64,000 nt of DNA, from NCBI GenBank assembly GCA_037719765.1, contig JBBJME010000001.1:12967-76966 (forward strand), given 5' to 3'. Below the pieces are notes generated by a model. The model was not told the origin of the DNA, searched no databases, and saw only the letters and a program-made list of their open reading frames with translations. The translations under genes and the position numbers were made by a program. Origin of the DNA: Planctomycetaceae bacterium. Its GTDB lineage: Bacteria > Planctomycetota > Planctomycetia > Planctomycetales > Planctomycetaceae. Positions 49,062 to 58,168 of this stretch are shown in pieces; the stretch's first letter is position 1; the number at the start of each line of letters is the position of its first letter.

Positions 49062-50248
49062 CTTCTCCCAGCGTCGCAGCAAGGCATCCCCGTGTTTCGG
49101 CCGTGGACAGCAGCGAAGCCCGTTTTGTTGCTCATCTGCGATCACAGGCCAGCCGGTACATCCCTGGACTGAGGGTGCAGCAAACAACCGTCCGCATGGT
49201 GCAGCACATTATTCGAAAACATTCTTCGTTGCTGGAGTTCGAAGTCACTGACGGAACACTGCGGAAGAATGTGATCTGCAAGATCCCATTTTCTCTGCAG
49301 GATACGGCAAATACTGAACCAATGGATGAAGATCGCCCCCGTTTGTTTCCGACAAGCGAAGCTGTAAGCATCGGGCAGCGGGAGTACCTCGGGCTCGAAT
49401 CGATTGCACAGCATTTCTCGGCACTGAATGATGATCGATTTGGCGCGATCGCCGTCCTTGAACTGCTTGAGTCCCCGTTCGTCGTGGTCATGGAGAAATC
49501 TGAGGATCGCAGCCTCAAGTCGCTGCTGAAGAAATCGACGCGATTTCATTGTCTGACACGAAATGCTTCCGAATTACAGGCGGCCTTTCGGAACGCCGGA
49601 GCGTGGCTGCGGGAGTTTCACGCTATGCCAGCTCTCCCGCATACAAAGGAACGCCATTCTGATCGAGCCTGTTACATCGACTCCGTGCTGAGATTCACTG
49701 ATGCTCTGATCCTGAAATTGAATCACAAGCTGTACTTCCGTGATGTGCGTCAGCAACTTGAGTCAGCGGCGATGAGGATCCTTCCGCGCGAAGTCCCGTG
49801 TGCGACAGTTCATGGCGACTTTGCGCCCCGGAACATTCTGATCGGGACGAATTCACGCGTGACTGTCATCGACACACAACGCCGCTGGATTGCGCCGGTG
49901 TACGAAGACCTGGCTTATCTGCTGATGTCGGTCAAACTGTCGCGACTTCAAATGAGCAGTCAAGGTTTGATCTTCTCACGCCGACAGCTTGCTATATGGG
50001 AATCAGATTTGCTGATCGGATACTTTGCGTCTTCGTCCATATCGCTCGCTGCCGTTCGGCTATACGAAGTGCTGTTGTCTCTTGAATGGTGGACGGCTAT
50101 CAGTTTTCGCAGTGCAGGTGACTCAGGGTTCAAACGCCTGGGGAATGATTTATGCAATCGCTATTTGTTTCGCTACGTCGAAGGACTTCTGAAAGACCTC
50201 AAGAACCCCCTTCCAGCATCTGAGTCACTTCACTCCTTTTTACATTAG
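49058..50248 (+). CDS. APH/choline-kinase-fold phosphotransferase
   Basis: VHGDFAPRNILIGTNSRVTVIDTQRRWIAPVYEDLAYLL matches the HGD-x4-N catalytic loop plus the D-x-x motif of the APH family. Confidence 0.65.
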   Translation: MTSPSVAARHPRVSAVDSSEARFVAHLRSQASRYIPGLRVQQTTVRMVQHIIRKHSSLLEFEVTDGTLRKNVICKIPFSLQDTANTEPMDEDRPRLFPTSEAVSIGQREYLGLESIAQHFSALNDDRFGAIAVLELLESPFVVVMEKSEDRSLKSLLKKSTRFHCLTRNASELQAAFRNAGAWLREFHAMPALPHTKERHSDRACYIDSVLRFTDALILKLNHKLYFRDVRQQLESAAMRILPREVPCATVHGDFAPRNILIGTNSRVTVIDTQRRWIAPVYEDLAYLLMSVKLSRLQMSSQGLIFSRRQLAIWESDLLIGYFASSSISLAAVRLYEVLLSLEWWTAISFRSAGDSGFKRLGNDLCNRYLFRYVEGLLKDLKNPLPASESLHSFLH

Positions 50249-50261
50249 ATCAGCAATATCC

Positions 50262-51482
50262 ATGCTCACACGGATTATCAAACCGGATCAGCTGACTGGT
50301 GACGAACTACGCGAGTGGACGCGCCTTGTACGAGGCAACTCCGCGCTGTGCAGTCCTTTCTTTATGCCGGAATTCACTCAGGCGACCGGCTTCGTGCACA
50401 GCGGAGTGCGCGTGGCGATCGCCGAGCAAGACGGGATTCCAGTCGGATTTCTGCCGTTTCAGAATGAGCGACGCGGACAAAGAGTCGCGGTAGGCGGATC
50501 CCTGAATGACTTTCAAGGACTCATCAGCGATGCGGACGCTGATTGTGACTTTGCCGAATTACTCGGGCATGCGGGCATTGATCTCCTGAGCTGTTCCAAA
50601 CTGCTGGACTGGCAGGATCAGATGGGACCATTTGTCCTGCGCCGCAATCCGTCACCCCTAATCGATTTGTCCGCAGGGTTTCAGGGATGGGAATCGGGGT
50701 TGAAGGACCAGGGAAGTGAGCAGTTGAAGCAATTGGCACGTAAAGAACGCAAACTGGGAAGGGAATGTGGTGACGTCCGATTTGAGTTTCACACGACGTC
50801 GGACAGCGTCCTGCAGACGCTGGTCCGGTGGAAGCGGGATCAGTACACCAGAACTGGAGAACTCGATGTGTTCTCTGCCAACTGGCCCGCTCATCTCTTG
50901 TGTTATCTGCTCTCTTTACCCTCAGACGCACCAATGCAGCCCATTCTGTCAGCCCTTTATGCCGGGGAAGCACTGGTCGCAGCGCATTATGGGCTGAGGA
51001 ATGCTTCTGTGTGTCACTGGTGGTTTCCTGGATACGACTCGGAATATGGCAAGTACTCGCCTGGAAAAATCCTGCTGCGTCACCTCCTGAAAGAGTCCAC
51101 GATTCAGGGCGTCACCCGCTTCGATTTTGGTGCCGGTGATGAATCATACAAATACTCGTTTGCAAACGGCTCTGTTGATACTTGTCGCACGGTGTTCGAT
51201 CGAAATGCTGCACGGCGTTGGCTGGGATCGCGATGGTATCGAGCGCGGATGGCTCTGAAAACAACACCGCTTGGCCCGATATTTCGCGACATGAGGGGAC
51301 GGCTCCGCGGACTAACAGCAAATCTCTGCGGAGGACAATCCACACTGGCAAACTCAGACAGGCTCAAAGTCGAAGTGCCGTCTGCGCAGGGATCAAGGTT
51401 CAAAGAGACCAACGCTCACATTATCAATCAAACAACTTCAGACAGACAACAAACACTTTTTGCTGAGGCAAAGGCATTATGA
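50262..51482 (+). CDS. CelD/FemAB-like GNAT acyltransferase (Acetyltransf_6-like), copy 1
   Basis: SPFFMPEFTQA...GFLPFQ... and YSPGKILLRHLLKESTIQGVTRFDFGAGDESYKYSF are typical of the CelD/BcsL-like family. Confidence 0.7.
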   Translation: MLTRIIKPDQLTGDELREWTRLVRGNSALCSPFFMPEFTQATGFVHSGVRVAIAEQDGIPVGFLPFQNERRGQRVAVGGSLNDFQGLISDADADCDFAELLGHAGIDLLSCSKLLDWQDQMGPFVLRRNPSPLIDLSAGFQGWESGLKDQGSEQLKQLARKERKLGRECGDVRFEFHTTSDSVLQTLVRWKRDQYTRTGELDVFSANWPAHLLCYLLSLPSDAPMQPILSALYAGEALVAAHYGLRNASVCHWWFPGYDSEYGKYSPGKILLRHLLKESTIQGVTRFDFGAGDESYKYSFANGSVDTCRTVFDRNAARRWLGSRWYRARMALKTTPLGPIFRDMRGRLRGLTANLCGGQSTLANSDRLKVEVPSAQGSRFKETNAHIINQTTSDRQQTLFAEAKAL

Positions 51483-52552
51483 GCAGTATCCGGATCATCA
51501 AGGCCTGCGAGCTAACGCCAGAGCAGGCTCTCCAGTGGAAGGAAATTGCCTCCGCAAAACGATATCTGCAATCACCATTTTTGCAGCCCGCCTTCACCCG
51601 CGCGGTCGCGCATGTGCGGGATGACGTAAAGATCGCTTTGATCGAGTCGCAGGGAGAGCTTCAGGGAGTCTTCCCGTTTCAGTGTGGACCTCGCGGTCTG
51701 CTTCGGAATGTGTGCGGTCGATTGTCAGAGTTCCATACTCCAGTCGTCAAGCCCGATTTCGCCGCAGATATTCCGGAATTGTTGCGGGCCTGCGGTCTGT
51801 CGTGGTGGCAGTTTGACCATTTGCCCGCGGCTGAATCTCCATTGGCAAAACATGCCTGGGGGACCAGTACCTCTCCCTTTCTTGATCTCGCTGATGGCTA
51901 CAACAGCTATGTGAAGGAACGCAAAGCGGCAGGCTCTTCCATGAGTCAGGCCCTGCGGAAGGGGCGAAAGATGGAAAGGGAAGTCGGGCCACTTCGATTC
52001 GAATACCAGACAACATCCGAGGCGGCTCTCCTGGCACTCGTCAGCTGGAAAGACAGTCAGCACCGACGCACGGGACGTTTGAGAGTCATGCAGTATGACT
52101 GGTTGCTTCAATTGCTTCGTTATCTGAAAAGCGATAACGCCGCGAATGAAGTTGGACTCTTCTCAACACTTTATGCCGGAGACAAACTGGCCGCTGTCCA
52201 CCTGGGGTTGCGAAATGAATCAGTCATTCATCTCTGGTTCCCGGCCTATGCTCCGGAACTGGAAGAGTACTCTCCAGGCCTGATCCTGCTGCTTCGACTC
52301 GCCGAGGAAGCTGCAGCCCGGGGTTTGGTTCGCATCGACCTTGGCCGAGGTTCAGAGCGGTACAAGTCCAACTTTAAATCAGGCGACATCGTGATTGCCG
52401 AAGGCGCCATCGACCTGAGACCGGTCTCCGGTCGTTTGCGAAAGCACTGGTATCATACCAAGCGATGGTTCAGGAATTCGAGATGGAAGGAACAGTTCGA
52501 ATGGCCGATGGAAGTGACTCGCCGCCTTCGACAAAAGCTGGCCTTCGAATGA
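51479..52552 (+). CDS. CelD/FemAB-like GNAT acyltransferase, copy 2 (tandem paralog)
   Basis: SPFLQPAFTRA...GVFPFQ... and YSPGLILLLRLAEEAAARGLVRIDLGRGSERYKSNF. It is collinear with copy 1, and its ATG overlaps the upstream stop (ATGA). Confidence 0.7.
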   Translation: MSSIRIIKACELTPEQALQWKEIASAKRYLQSPFLQPAFTRAVAHVRDDVKIALIESQGELQGVFPFQCGPRGLLRNVCGRLSEFHTPVVKPDFAADIPELLRACGLSWWQFDHLPAAESPLAKHAWGTSTSPFLDLADGYNSYVKERKAAGSSMSQALRKGRKMEREVGPLRFEYQTTSEAALLALVSWKDSQHRRTGRLRVMQYDWLLQLLRYLKSDNAANEVGLFSTLYAGDKLAAVHLGLRNESVIHLWFPAYAPELEEYSPGLILLLRLAEEAAARGLVRIDLGRGSERYKSNFKSGDIVIAEGAIDLRPVSGRLRKHWYHTKRWFRNSRWKEQFEWPMEVTRRLRQKLAFE

Positions 52553-52664
52553 ATCCCTGATCGAGAGCGTTGACTCTGAGCGATTCAATGAACAGGTGGA
52601 TTTGCTGATATCACAATGAGATTCGTCCTTCAACTTCATGTTTCGTTCTGGGAGGATTGCTGTC

Positions 52665-53528
52665 ATGTTAAGTCACCAAATTGTCGCGTTGCTGCTGTGT
52701 CCACAGTGTGGTCAGGGTGGATTGGATGCTTCATGCGAGGAGGCGAATGGACGATTCCGCAGCGGGAGTCTCATATGTAACTCTTGTCTCGCGACATACG
52801 CCGTGGAGGAGGGAATTCCACATCTCAAGCCGGGGGTGCTGGAGAACGATTCCGAATGGGAGATTTGGAGAAATCATCTCGACGGGTTTGCTGCGCGCCG
52901 GGCGCTTCGCAGTACCTTCATGAGTTCCCCGCGTGAAGAACGCTGGTCGCAGAAAATGCAGGCATTTGGCGATTTTGTGAATGTGCCGGACGGGCGAATT
53001 CTGGATGTCGGCTGTGGCCCGGGAGATCTAAGGAAGATACTCGATCCCAAACGTGTCACATATTTCGGCATTGATCCGCTGCCGGTTGAAGAAGTGGAAG
53101 GATTTCCTTTTGTGTGCGCAGTCGCGGAGTCGATTCCGTTTCAAGCAGGCACCTTCTCGAGCGTGGTTGTACGCTCGGCACTTGATCACTTCCGCGACTT
53201 GAATGCTTTCTTTGAAGAAGTGTCGCGAGTACTAACGGACGATGGGCAAGTGTTCCTGGAGCAAGTGGTTCACAAATCAAGCGGGATCGATGGAGTTGTT
53301 CGCGATTCCATTCATGCTGTCAAGGACTTGATCGACGGAGTCCGGACCCTCAAGGAAAGGAAGTCGGCACCCAAACACATGCGAGAGTTCTCACAGGAAT
53401 CGCTGATGCACGCCGTCGAACATGGTGGTTTTGAGGTCTCTCGCAGCCAGGCTCATCACTCCAACTGGTACACACCCACCCAAATGTTCTTCAACCTGAG
53501 CCGCCGCGTCAGGAAACTGGATTGCTAG
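52665..53528 (+). CDS. Class I SAM-dependent methyltransferase with N-terminal Trm112-like zinc ribbon
   Basis: ATG 52665 with GGGAGG 9 nt upstream. CPQCGQ...CNSC ribbon. ILDVGCGPGD is motif I. Confidence 0.8.
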   Translation: MLSHQIVALLLCPQCGQGGLDASCEEANGRFRSGSLICNSCLATYAVEEGIPHLKPGVLENDSEWEIWRNHLDGFAARRALRSTFMSSPREERWSQKMQAFGDFVNVPDGRILDVGCGPGDLRKILDPKRVTYFGIDPLPVEEVEGFPFVCAVAESIPFQAGTFSSVVVRSALDHFRDLNAFFEEVSRVLTDDGQVFLEQVVHKSSGIDGVVRDSIHAVKDLIDGVRTLKERKSAPKHMREFSQESLMHAVEHGGFEVSRSQAHHSNWYTPTQMFFNLSRRVRKLDC

Positions 53529-53837
53529 CCCGACTGACGGCGAGTTTCGCTGTCGACTTTTGCCTGGTCCCAGAATCGGCGTTGGTCCGCGAACGATGTC
53601 GGTTCAGACCGTTGGAGTCGTGCCAACGAATTGACGAGACTTGCATCTGAAATTCTGCGGCCGACAGGAATCAACGGCACTTGGCTTTTCGAGTGACAGA
53701 AACGTCTCACTTCGAGTTTCTGCGTGCAAAAAGGAGGCACGAAAAAACGGGCGGCAAAGTCATCACTTCACGGCCCGTCCTGTGTTGTAGTCATTGACGG
53801 ATGTCGCTCGCGGGGATTAGCGTTCGCGAGCCGACGA

Positions 53838-54176
53838 TCAGTCCTTCTTCGTTTGCATAATCTGGCGAATTGCAACACCGCTGCGTTTAGCGATCAGTTC
53901 TTTGCTGCCGTCAGCGTTGACTTTGACACTCACGCGCGTTGGTTTGTTTGTTCTTGGGCAGATGAGCATCACGTTGGAAGCATCGATCGCCAACTCCTTG
54001 TGCAGACGACCACCTTGCGGGCTCTTTGGATGTCCGCGTTTGACGTGCTTATAAACCTTGTTGACGCCTTCGATGACAACTCTGCCATTCTTCCGGTCCA
54101 CGGACATCACGGGCCCACGAGTTCCTGAGTCGTCACCAGAAACGACCTCAACCATGTCACCCTTACGAATGTGCAT
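53838..54176 (-). CDS. rplX: 50S ribosomal protein L24, stand-alone
   Basis: MHIRKGDMVEVVSGDDSGTRGPVMSVDRKNGRVVIEGVNKVYKHVK has the KOW motif and is collinear with L24. ATG 54174-54176 with GGAG upstream. No neighbouring ribosomal protein genes. Confidence 0.9.
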   Translation of the reverse strand: MHIRKGDMVEVVSGDDSGTRGPVMSVDRKNGRVVIEGVNKVYKHVKRGHPKSPQGGRLHKELAIDASNVMLICPRTNKPTRVSVKVNADGSKELIAKRSGVAIRQIMQTKKD

Positions 54177-54334
54177 CTCAACAACTCCGAAAACACTGAA
54201 CTGAGACAAAATGGGCGTAATTTCACTTCCCTGCGAACGCCGGGGACAGCGAAGCGGGAAAGGATGGCAGCTTCTTGTCTGGAAATCAAGGCTTTTGGCC
54301 CGAAATCGCGGTCTTTCGCACGGGTGAATCAAGT

Positions 54335-54964
54335 CTACGCGATTCCAATCGATCTAAGAAACTGCGTTCCGGCGATCATAGTCGCAGCACACTGGATGGC
54401 TTCGTAAATCGCTTCATCGGAAAGGCCGGTTTGCCGTGTTTTCTGCACATGAGCGGCGGTGCAGGGCTTGCAGCCGTTAATATCGCTCAGGCACAGATTG
54501 ATCAGTTCCACGGTCATGTCATCCAGAGAAGTGCCCTGAAACGTATGCGCCCGCAATCCGACTCCCATCCCGTCGAATACATCCGTGCCGCTGATGTCTC
54601 GAAACTTGAAGAGCACGTTGTACATCGAATTGGTCGCTCCGACAGCCAGTGCTTCGGTCACTTCTGTGGTCGTCACATTGCGCGCGGCGGCGAACGTCTG
54701 CAGGTATTCGAGCCATTTTGTGCTGCCCGCCTGCCCCGCCACTGCACAGGCAACGAGGAGTTTTCGCTTCTCATCAAGCTTACCGGCCGTCAGCACAAAC
54801 TTTCGGAAGTTCATGAAGAAGTCATGGATGAAAGCTGGCACGTTGGCCATGTACTGAAAGATCTCCGGGATTTCCGAGACTTCAAAGATTTCGCGAATAC
54901 GGTCATATGTTTGAGCGGCTTTGTCGGCTGCCTGTTCAGCAGAGACGGGAGTCACAAATGGCAT
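54335..54964 (-). CDS. Carboxymuconolactone decarboxylase / AhpD-like family protein
   Basis: NGCKPCTAAHVQKTRQTGLSDEAIYEAI carries the CxxC...H core of the AhpD-like fold. Confidence 0.75.
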   Translation of the reverse strand: MPFVTPVSAEQAADKAAQTYDRIREIFEVSEIPEIFQYMANVPAFIHDFFMNFRKFVLTAGKLDEKRKLLVACAVAGQAGSTKWLEYLQTFAAARNVTTTEVTEALAVGATNSMYNVLFKFRDISGTDVFDGMGVGLRAHTFQGTSLDDMTVELINLCLSDINGCKPCTAAHVQKTRQTGLSDEAIYEAIQCAATMIAGTQFLRSIGIA

Positions 54965-55122
54965 GTCGTCGGTTTCCGGAATGAAATGCTGACTTCACAA
55001 AGGATGGAGCAGATGAGTCAAGAGTTGGATTTGGAATGGCAGCAGTGATGCGTTCATTGAGGACGAGAGCGGCACAGTGGCGATCCCTCGCCGGATGCTG
55101 AGAAAAAATGCACCCGCACCAA

Positions 55123-55641
55123 TTACCACGGGGCTTCCATGAGATCGACAATTTGAGATGCGAGACGCTGGGCGGCTTCCTGTTGTGCGGTTGCGAGTGA
55201 ATGGCCGACTTCCGGGGCAAAGCTGACATTGCTGGCTTGCTGGGTCAGTTGCGGGCCGACCGGAAATGTCTGTTGATGCAGAATCTGTCCGCTGCGGCGA
55301 TCGACCCATGTCACTTCCGCTCCGAGCATCAACTGCAATTCACGAGGATCATCGTACCGTGTTTCGCTCAGCACCGACTTGCGAATTTCGACGATGCGGC
55401 CTTTCAAAATCGTGTCAGCCGTGTCAGCATCTTCAAGCCGGTACGGTGTCCGCGTACGAATCTCGCGCTGCACGGCTTCGGTGAGAAGGTAATCCAGATT
55501 TCTGCGGTAAGATTCACACTGAAAGACGGGGACGTGAACGGTTCGCACATCGTGCAGTGTCTGCGTTCCAAGCGTGTAGCCGCATCCGGCGATTGCGACG
55601 ACGCTGAAGACAAGCATCCGATTGAGAATTCTGCGAAACAT
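55123..55641 (-). CDS. lptE: LptE-like LPS-assembly lipoprotein
   Basis: Lipobox VVAIAGC, size about 170 aa, and an LptE-like pattern (VHVPVFQCESYRRNLDYLLTEAVQREI). Confidence 0.6.
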   Translation of the reverse strand: MFRRILNRMLVFSVVAIAGCGYTLGTQTLHDVRTVHVPVFQCESYRRNLDYLLTEAVQREIRTRTPYRLEDADTADTILKGRIVEIRKSVLSETRYDDPRELQLMLGAEVTWVDRRSGQILHQQTFPVGPQLTQQASNVSFAPEVGHSLATAQQEAAQRLASQIVDLMEAPW

Positions 55642-55662
55642 GGAAGCGCGTCAAGGGTAATT

Positions 55663-56940
55663 TTATGGAAGCGTGATGCGACCGCCACGGTCTTCGTCAC
55701 CCGATGAATCGCTTACCGACCTCACCGGGCCCTGCCTGTTGCCGGGAGACTCAGACGGCGACGGCTCATTGGCAGGCATGGACTTAACAAACTCAGGTAC
55801 TTCCGGAAGTCCCTGGAGCTCACGGCGATCGATGGTTTTCAGAATGGCTCGTGCGTCTTTGGCGTAATTCGTGTCGGGGTATTCATTGATCACCTGAATG
55901 CAGGCAATCGCCACTGCACGCGGTTTGCGTTTTTTCTGATAGTACTCAACTTCATACCACGCCCGTTCGGCTTCCTGCAGATAGATTTTCTGCAGGTCCG
56001 TCCGCAGTTGCTGTCGTTCCAGCGATGCCGGGAATAAATGCAGAGACTGTTCCTTTAACTTCTGAGCACCTTTGAGTTCGCGGCCTTCGTAGTACGGGCC
56101 TTGATAACTCATCTGTTTCACGTGTGCCCCAAGGACAAAGGCATCTTCCAGATGCGGGCTGTCGGGGTACTCATCCCGCAGAATCTCGAAGTAGCGATCC
56201 GCTTCGACAAAGTTTTGTTTGCGTTGATAATGCGTCGCCGTCAGCATGAGAGCGTCATCCGCCAGTGGCCCCGTGGGATCATTCATCCAGATCGACTTCA
56301 GACACTTGAGCGCGTTGCCCTGCGTGTCGAACCAGGGACGTGACTTGTCGTGAAAATTCGGCAGAACCGGGACCAGCAGAGTCGGATCGCCTGGTCGTTT
56401 GGGAGGCGTTTTTTCTTCGATGACTTTTTCACCACTCACCTGACGGATCGCATTCTTCGCAGCGGGTTCGGAGACTTCCAGCCATGTTCGTGCGATTGCG
56501 AACAGTCGCCGCGTGGCCGGTTCAACGTAGCGCGTCGAAGGATAGTCCTGGAACAACTGATCGTAACCGTCCTGTGCCTTGCCGTATTCTCCCTGAGCGA
56601 AATAAGACTCAGCCAGATAGAACTGAGCTTCTTCACCCAGCGACGTCTCTTTGAACTTCTTTGCGGCTTTCTTACTGAGCTTAATCGCTTGTGCGTAATC
56701 GCGACTCTCAAAGGCCACACGGCATTGCTGCACCTGGCGGCGTTCTTCCTCAGAAAACCGTCGCCCCATTTCCAGAGGATTGTCTTCGCCAAAGAGCTTT
56801 CGTTCCAACGGCCCGCGAATCGAGCCAGGTTTGAGCATACTGGAAATATCCAGCATTCCCGAATCGTCATCACGCGAAAATGTGGAGCATCCTGAGAGCA
56901 GGCACAGCAACAGCACACCCGGAATCCACAGGCTTCGCAT
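55663..56940 (-). CDS. BamD/YfiO-like TPR lipoprotein
   Basis: Probable start at MRSLWIPGVLLLCLLSGC (ATG 56938-56940; the track ORF extends to 57039). TPR repeats (YAQAIKLSKKAAKKF, FYLAESYFAQGEYGKAQDGYDQL). Confidence 0.6.
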   Translation of the reverse strand: MRSLWIPGVLLLCLLSGCSTFSRDDDSGMLDISSMLKPGSIRGPLERKLFGEDNPLEMGRRFSEEERRQVQQCRVAFESRDYAQAIKLSKKAAKKFKETSLGEEAQFYLAESYFAQGEYGKAQDGYDQLFQDYPSTRYVEPATRRLFAIARTWLEVSEPAAKNAIRQVSGEKVIEEKTPPKRPGDPTLLVPVLPNFHDKSRPWFDTQGNALKCLKSIWMNDPTGPLADDALMLTATHYQRKQNFVEADRYFEILRDEYPDSPHLEDAFVLGAHVKQMSYQGPYYEGRELKGAQKLKEQSLHLFPASLERQQLRTDLQKIYLQEAERAWYEVEYYQKKRKPRAVAIACIQVINEYPDTNYAKDARAILKTIDRRELQGLPEVPEFVKSMPANEPSPSESPGNRQGPVRSVSDSSGDEDRGGRITLP

Positions 56941-57078
56941 CCCAACATCAAGCGCAGGGCTTCGCGCGTCGAGCCGATCGTCAGATCGGGTCCGACGAGC
57001 CGATTCCTTTCGGCGGTCGAGCATCCTGCGAAGCTGCATGGTGAAAATTTTCCTGATTCGTGGTCGAAGTCAACGTCG

Positions 57079-57861
57079 TCAGATCTGAATGTACCGCAGT
57101 GTTGATGGCCGCCGCCCGAGAGCGTGAGTAATGGCCGACACCGCCAGCTTGTGACATTCCTCCGACTGTTTTTTCGTAAATTCAATATGGCTGACTGCAT
57201 TGGCAGATTCCTGAGTCAGGCGACGCAGGATGTCGATGGAACCCGATGAAATGGAAACTCCAGCGAACTCCTCACGTCGGCAGGCTCCACAAATCACACC
57301 GCCCTGGCTGACCCAATGTGCAAACTGTTTGCCAGTTTGCACGGCCTCACCACACACGGAACATTCAAAGAGATTAGGAAGCAGGCCAATGCGCTGCAGG
57401 AGAGAGATTTCAAAGTGAATGATGACGGGAGAAGAAAGGTGTTCAGGGGATGAGAGGGCCGACAACGTGGAGATCGCAAGGTCGTAAATTTCCGGTGCCG
57501 GATCAAAATCTTCCGTTAGTGCGCTCAGCAGTTCTGCGACATAGTAGCCGCCATAAAGACTGATCAAACCACTTTTTGCACCGGAATTCTGCGGCTGAAA
57601 GCGGCTGATCAGGCGCGCTTCCGTCAGCAGATTGAGAGTGCCGGAAGATTTCCTGATAAAGACTACGCGACACGCGGAGAGCAGGTCAAGAGCAGCATCA
57701 AAAGGCCCCTTCAGACGTTTCGCCCCCTTCGCTAAAGCCGCGAACTTACCAAATTCACGACTGAAGAACGTGACAACCCGGCTGGATTCACTGAAATCCA
57801 CCTGTCGAATAACGAGCGCATCAGCTTTTTCGAGCGACACCGTGAGAACATTCCTTGGCAA
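57079..57861 (-). CDS. recO: DNA repair protein RecO
   Basis: ADALVIRQVDFSESSRVVTFFSREFGKFAALAKGAKRLKGPF OB-fold N-terminus. C-terminal zinc motif CSVCGE...CGAC. Confidence 0.9.
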   Translation of the reverse strand: MPRNVLTVSLEKADALVIRQVDFSESSRVVTFFSREFGKFAALAKGAKRLKGPFDAALDLLSACRVVFIRKSSGTLNLLTEARLISRFQPQNSGAKSGLISLYGGYYVAELLSALTEDFDPAPEIYDLAISTLSALSSPEHLSSPVIIHFEISLLQRIGLLPNLFECSVCGEAVQTGKQFAHWVSQGGVICGACRREEFAGVSISSGSIDILRRLTQESANAVSHIEFTKKQSEECHKLAVSAITHALGRRPSTLRYIQI

Positions 57862-58076
57862 GAATAATGTCGGATCCGCCTTACAACGGAAGCTATCCCT
57901 CGCGTGTGCAGCAATGAGGTGCAGCCGGATTCATAAGAATGCGGAGGCGGGCCTTGTCTCAGCCCGAAGTCTCAAGACTTAGGCTACAACAACGGGGCTC
58001 ACCGACGCCTGCGTGAATTGTATTGAACACAGTCGCTCGCGGTACTAAGCCCCAGACACCAGATCGCACGATTCAG

Positions 58077-58118
58077 CAAAAAGAAAACCGCAGCGGAACA
58101 ACAAGGTTCCGCTGCGGT
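58077..58118 (-). terminator. Rho-independent (bidirectional) terminator after the porin gene
   Basis: A 13-bp perfect stem ACCGCAGCGGAAC / GTTCCGCTGCGGT with loop aacaag. On the minus strand it is followed by TTTTCTTTTT. Confidence 0.8.
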
Positions 58119-58168
58119 CATGGTTTTTAAGTTGTCCACTGGTTCAACTCGCCATCAGCCTGCTGCGA

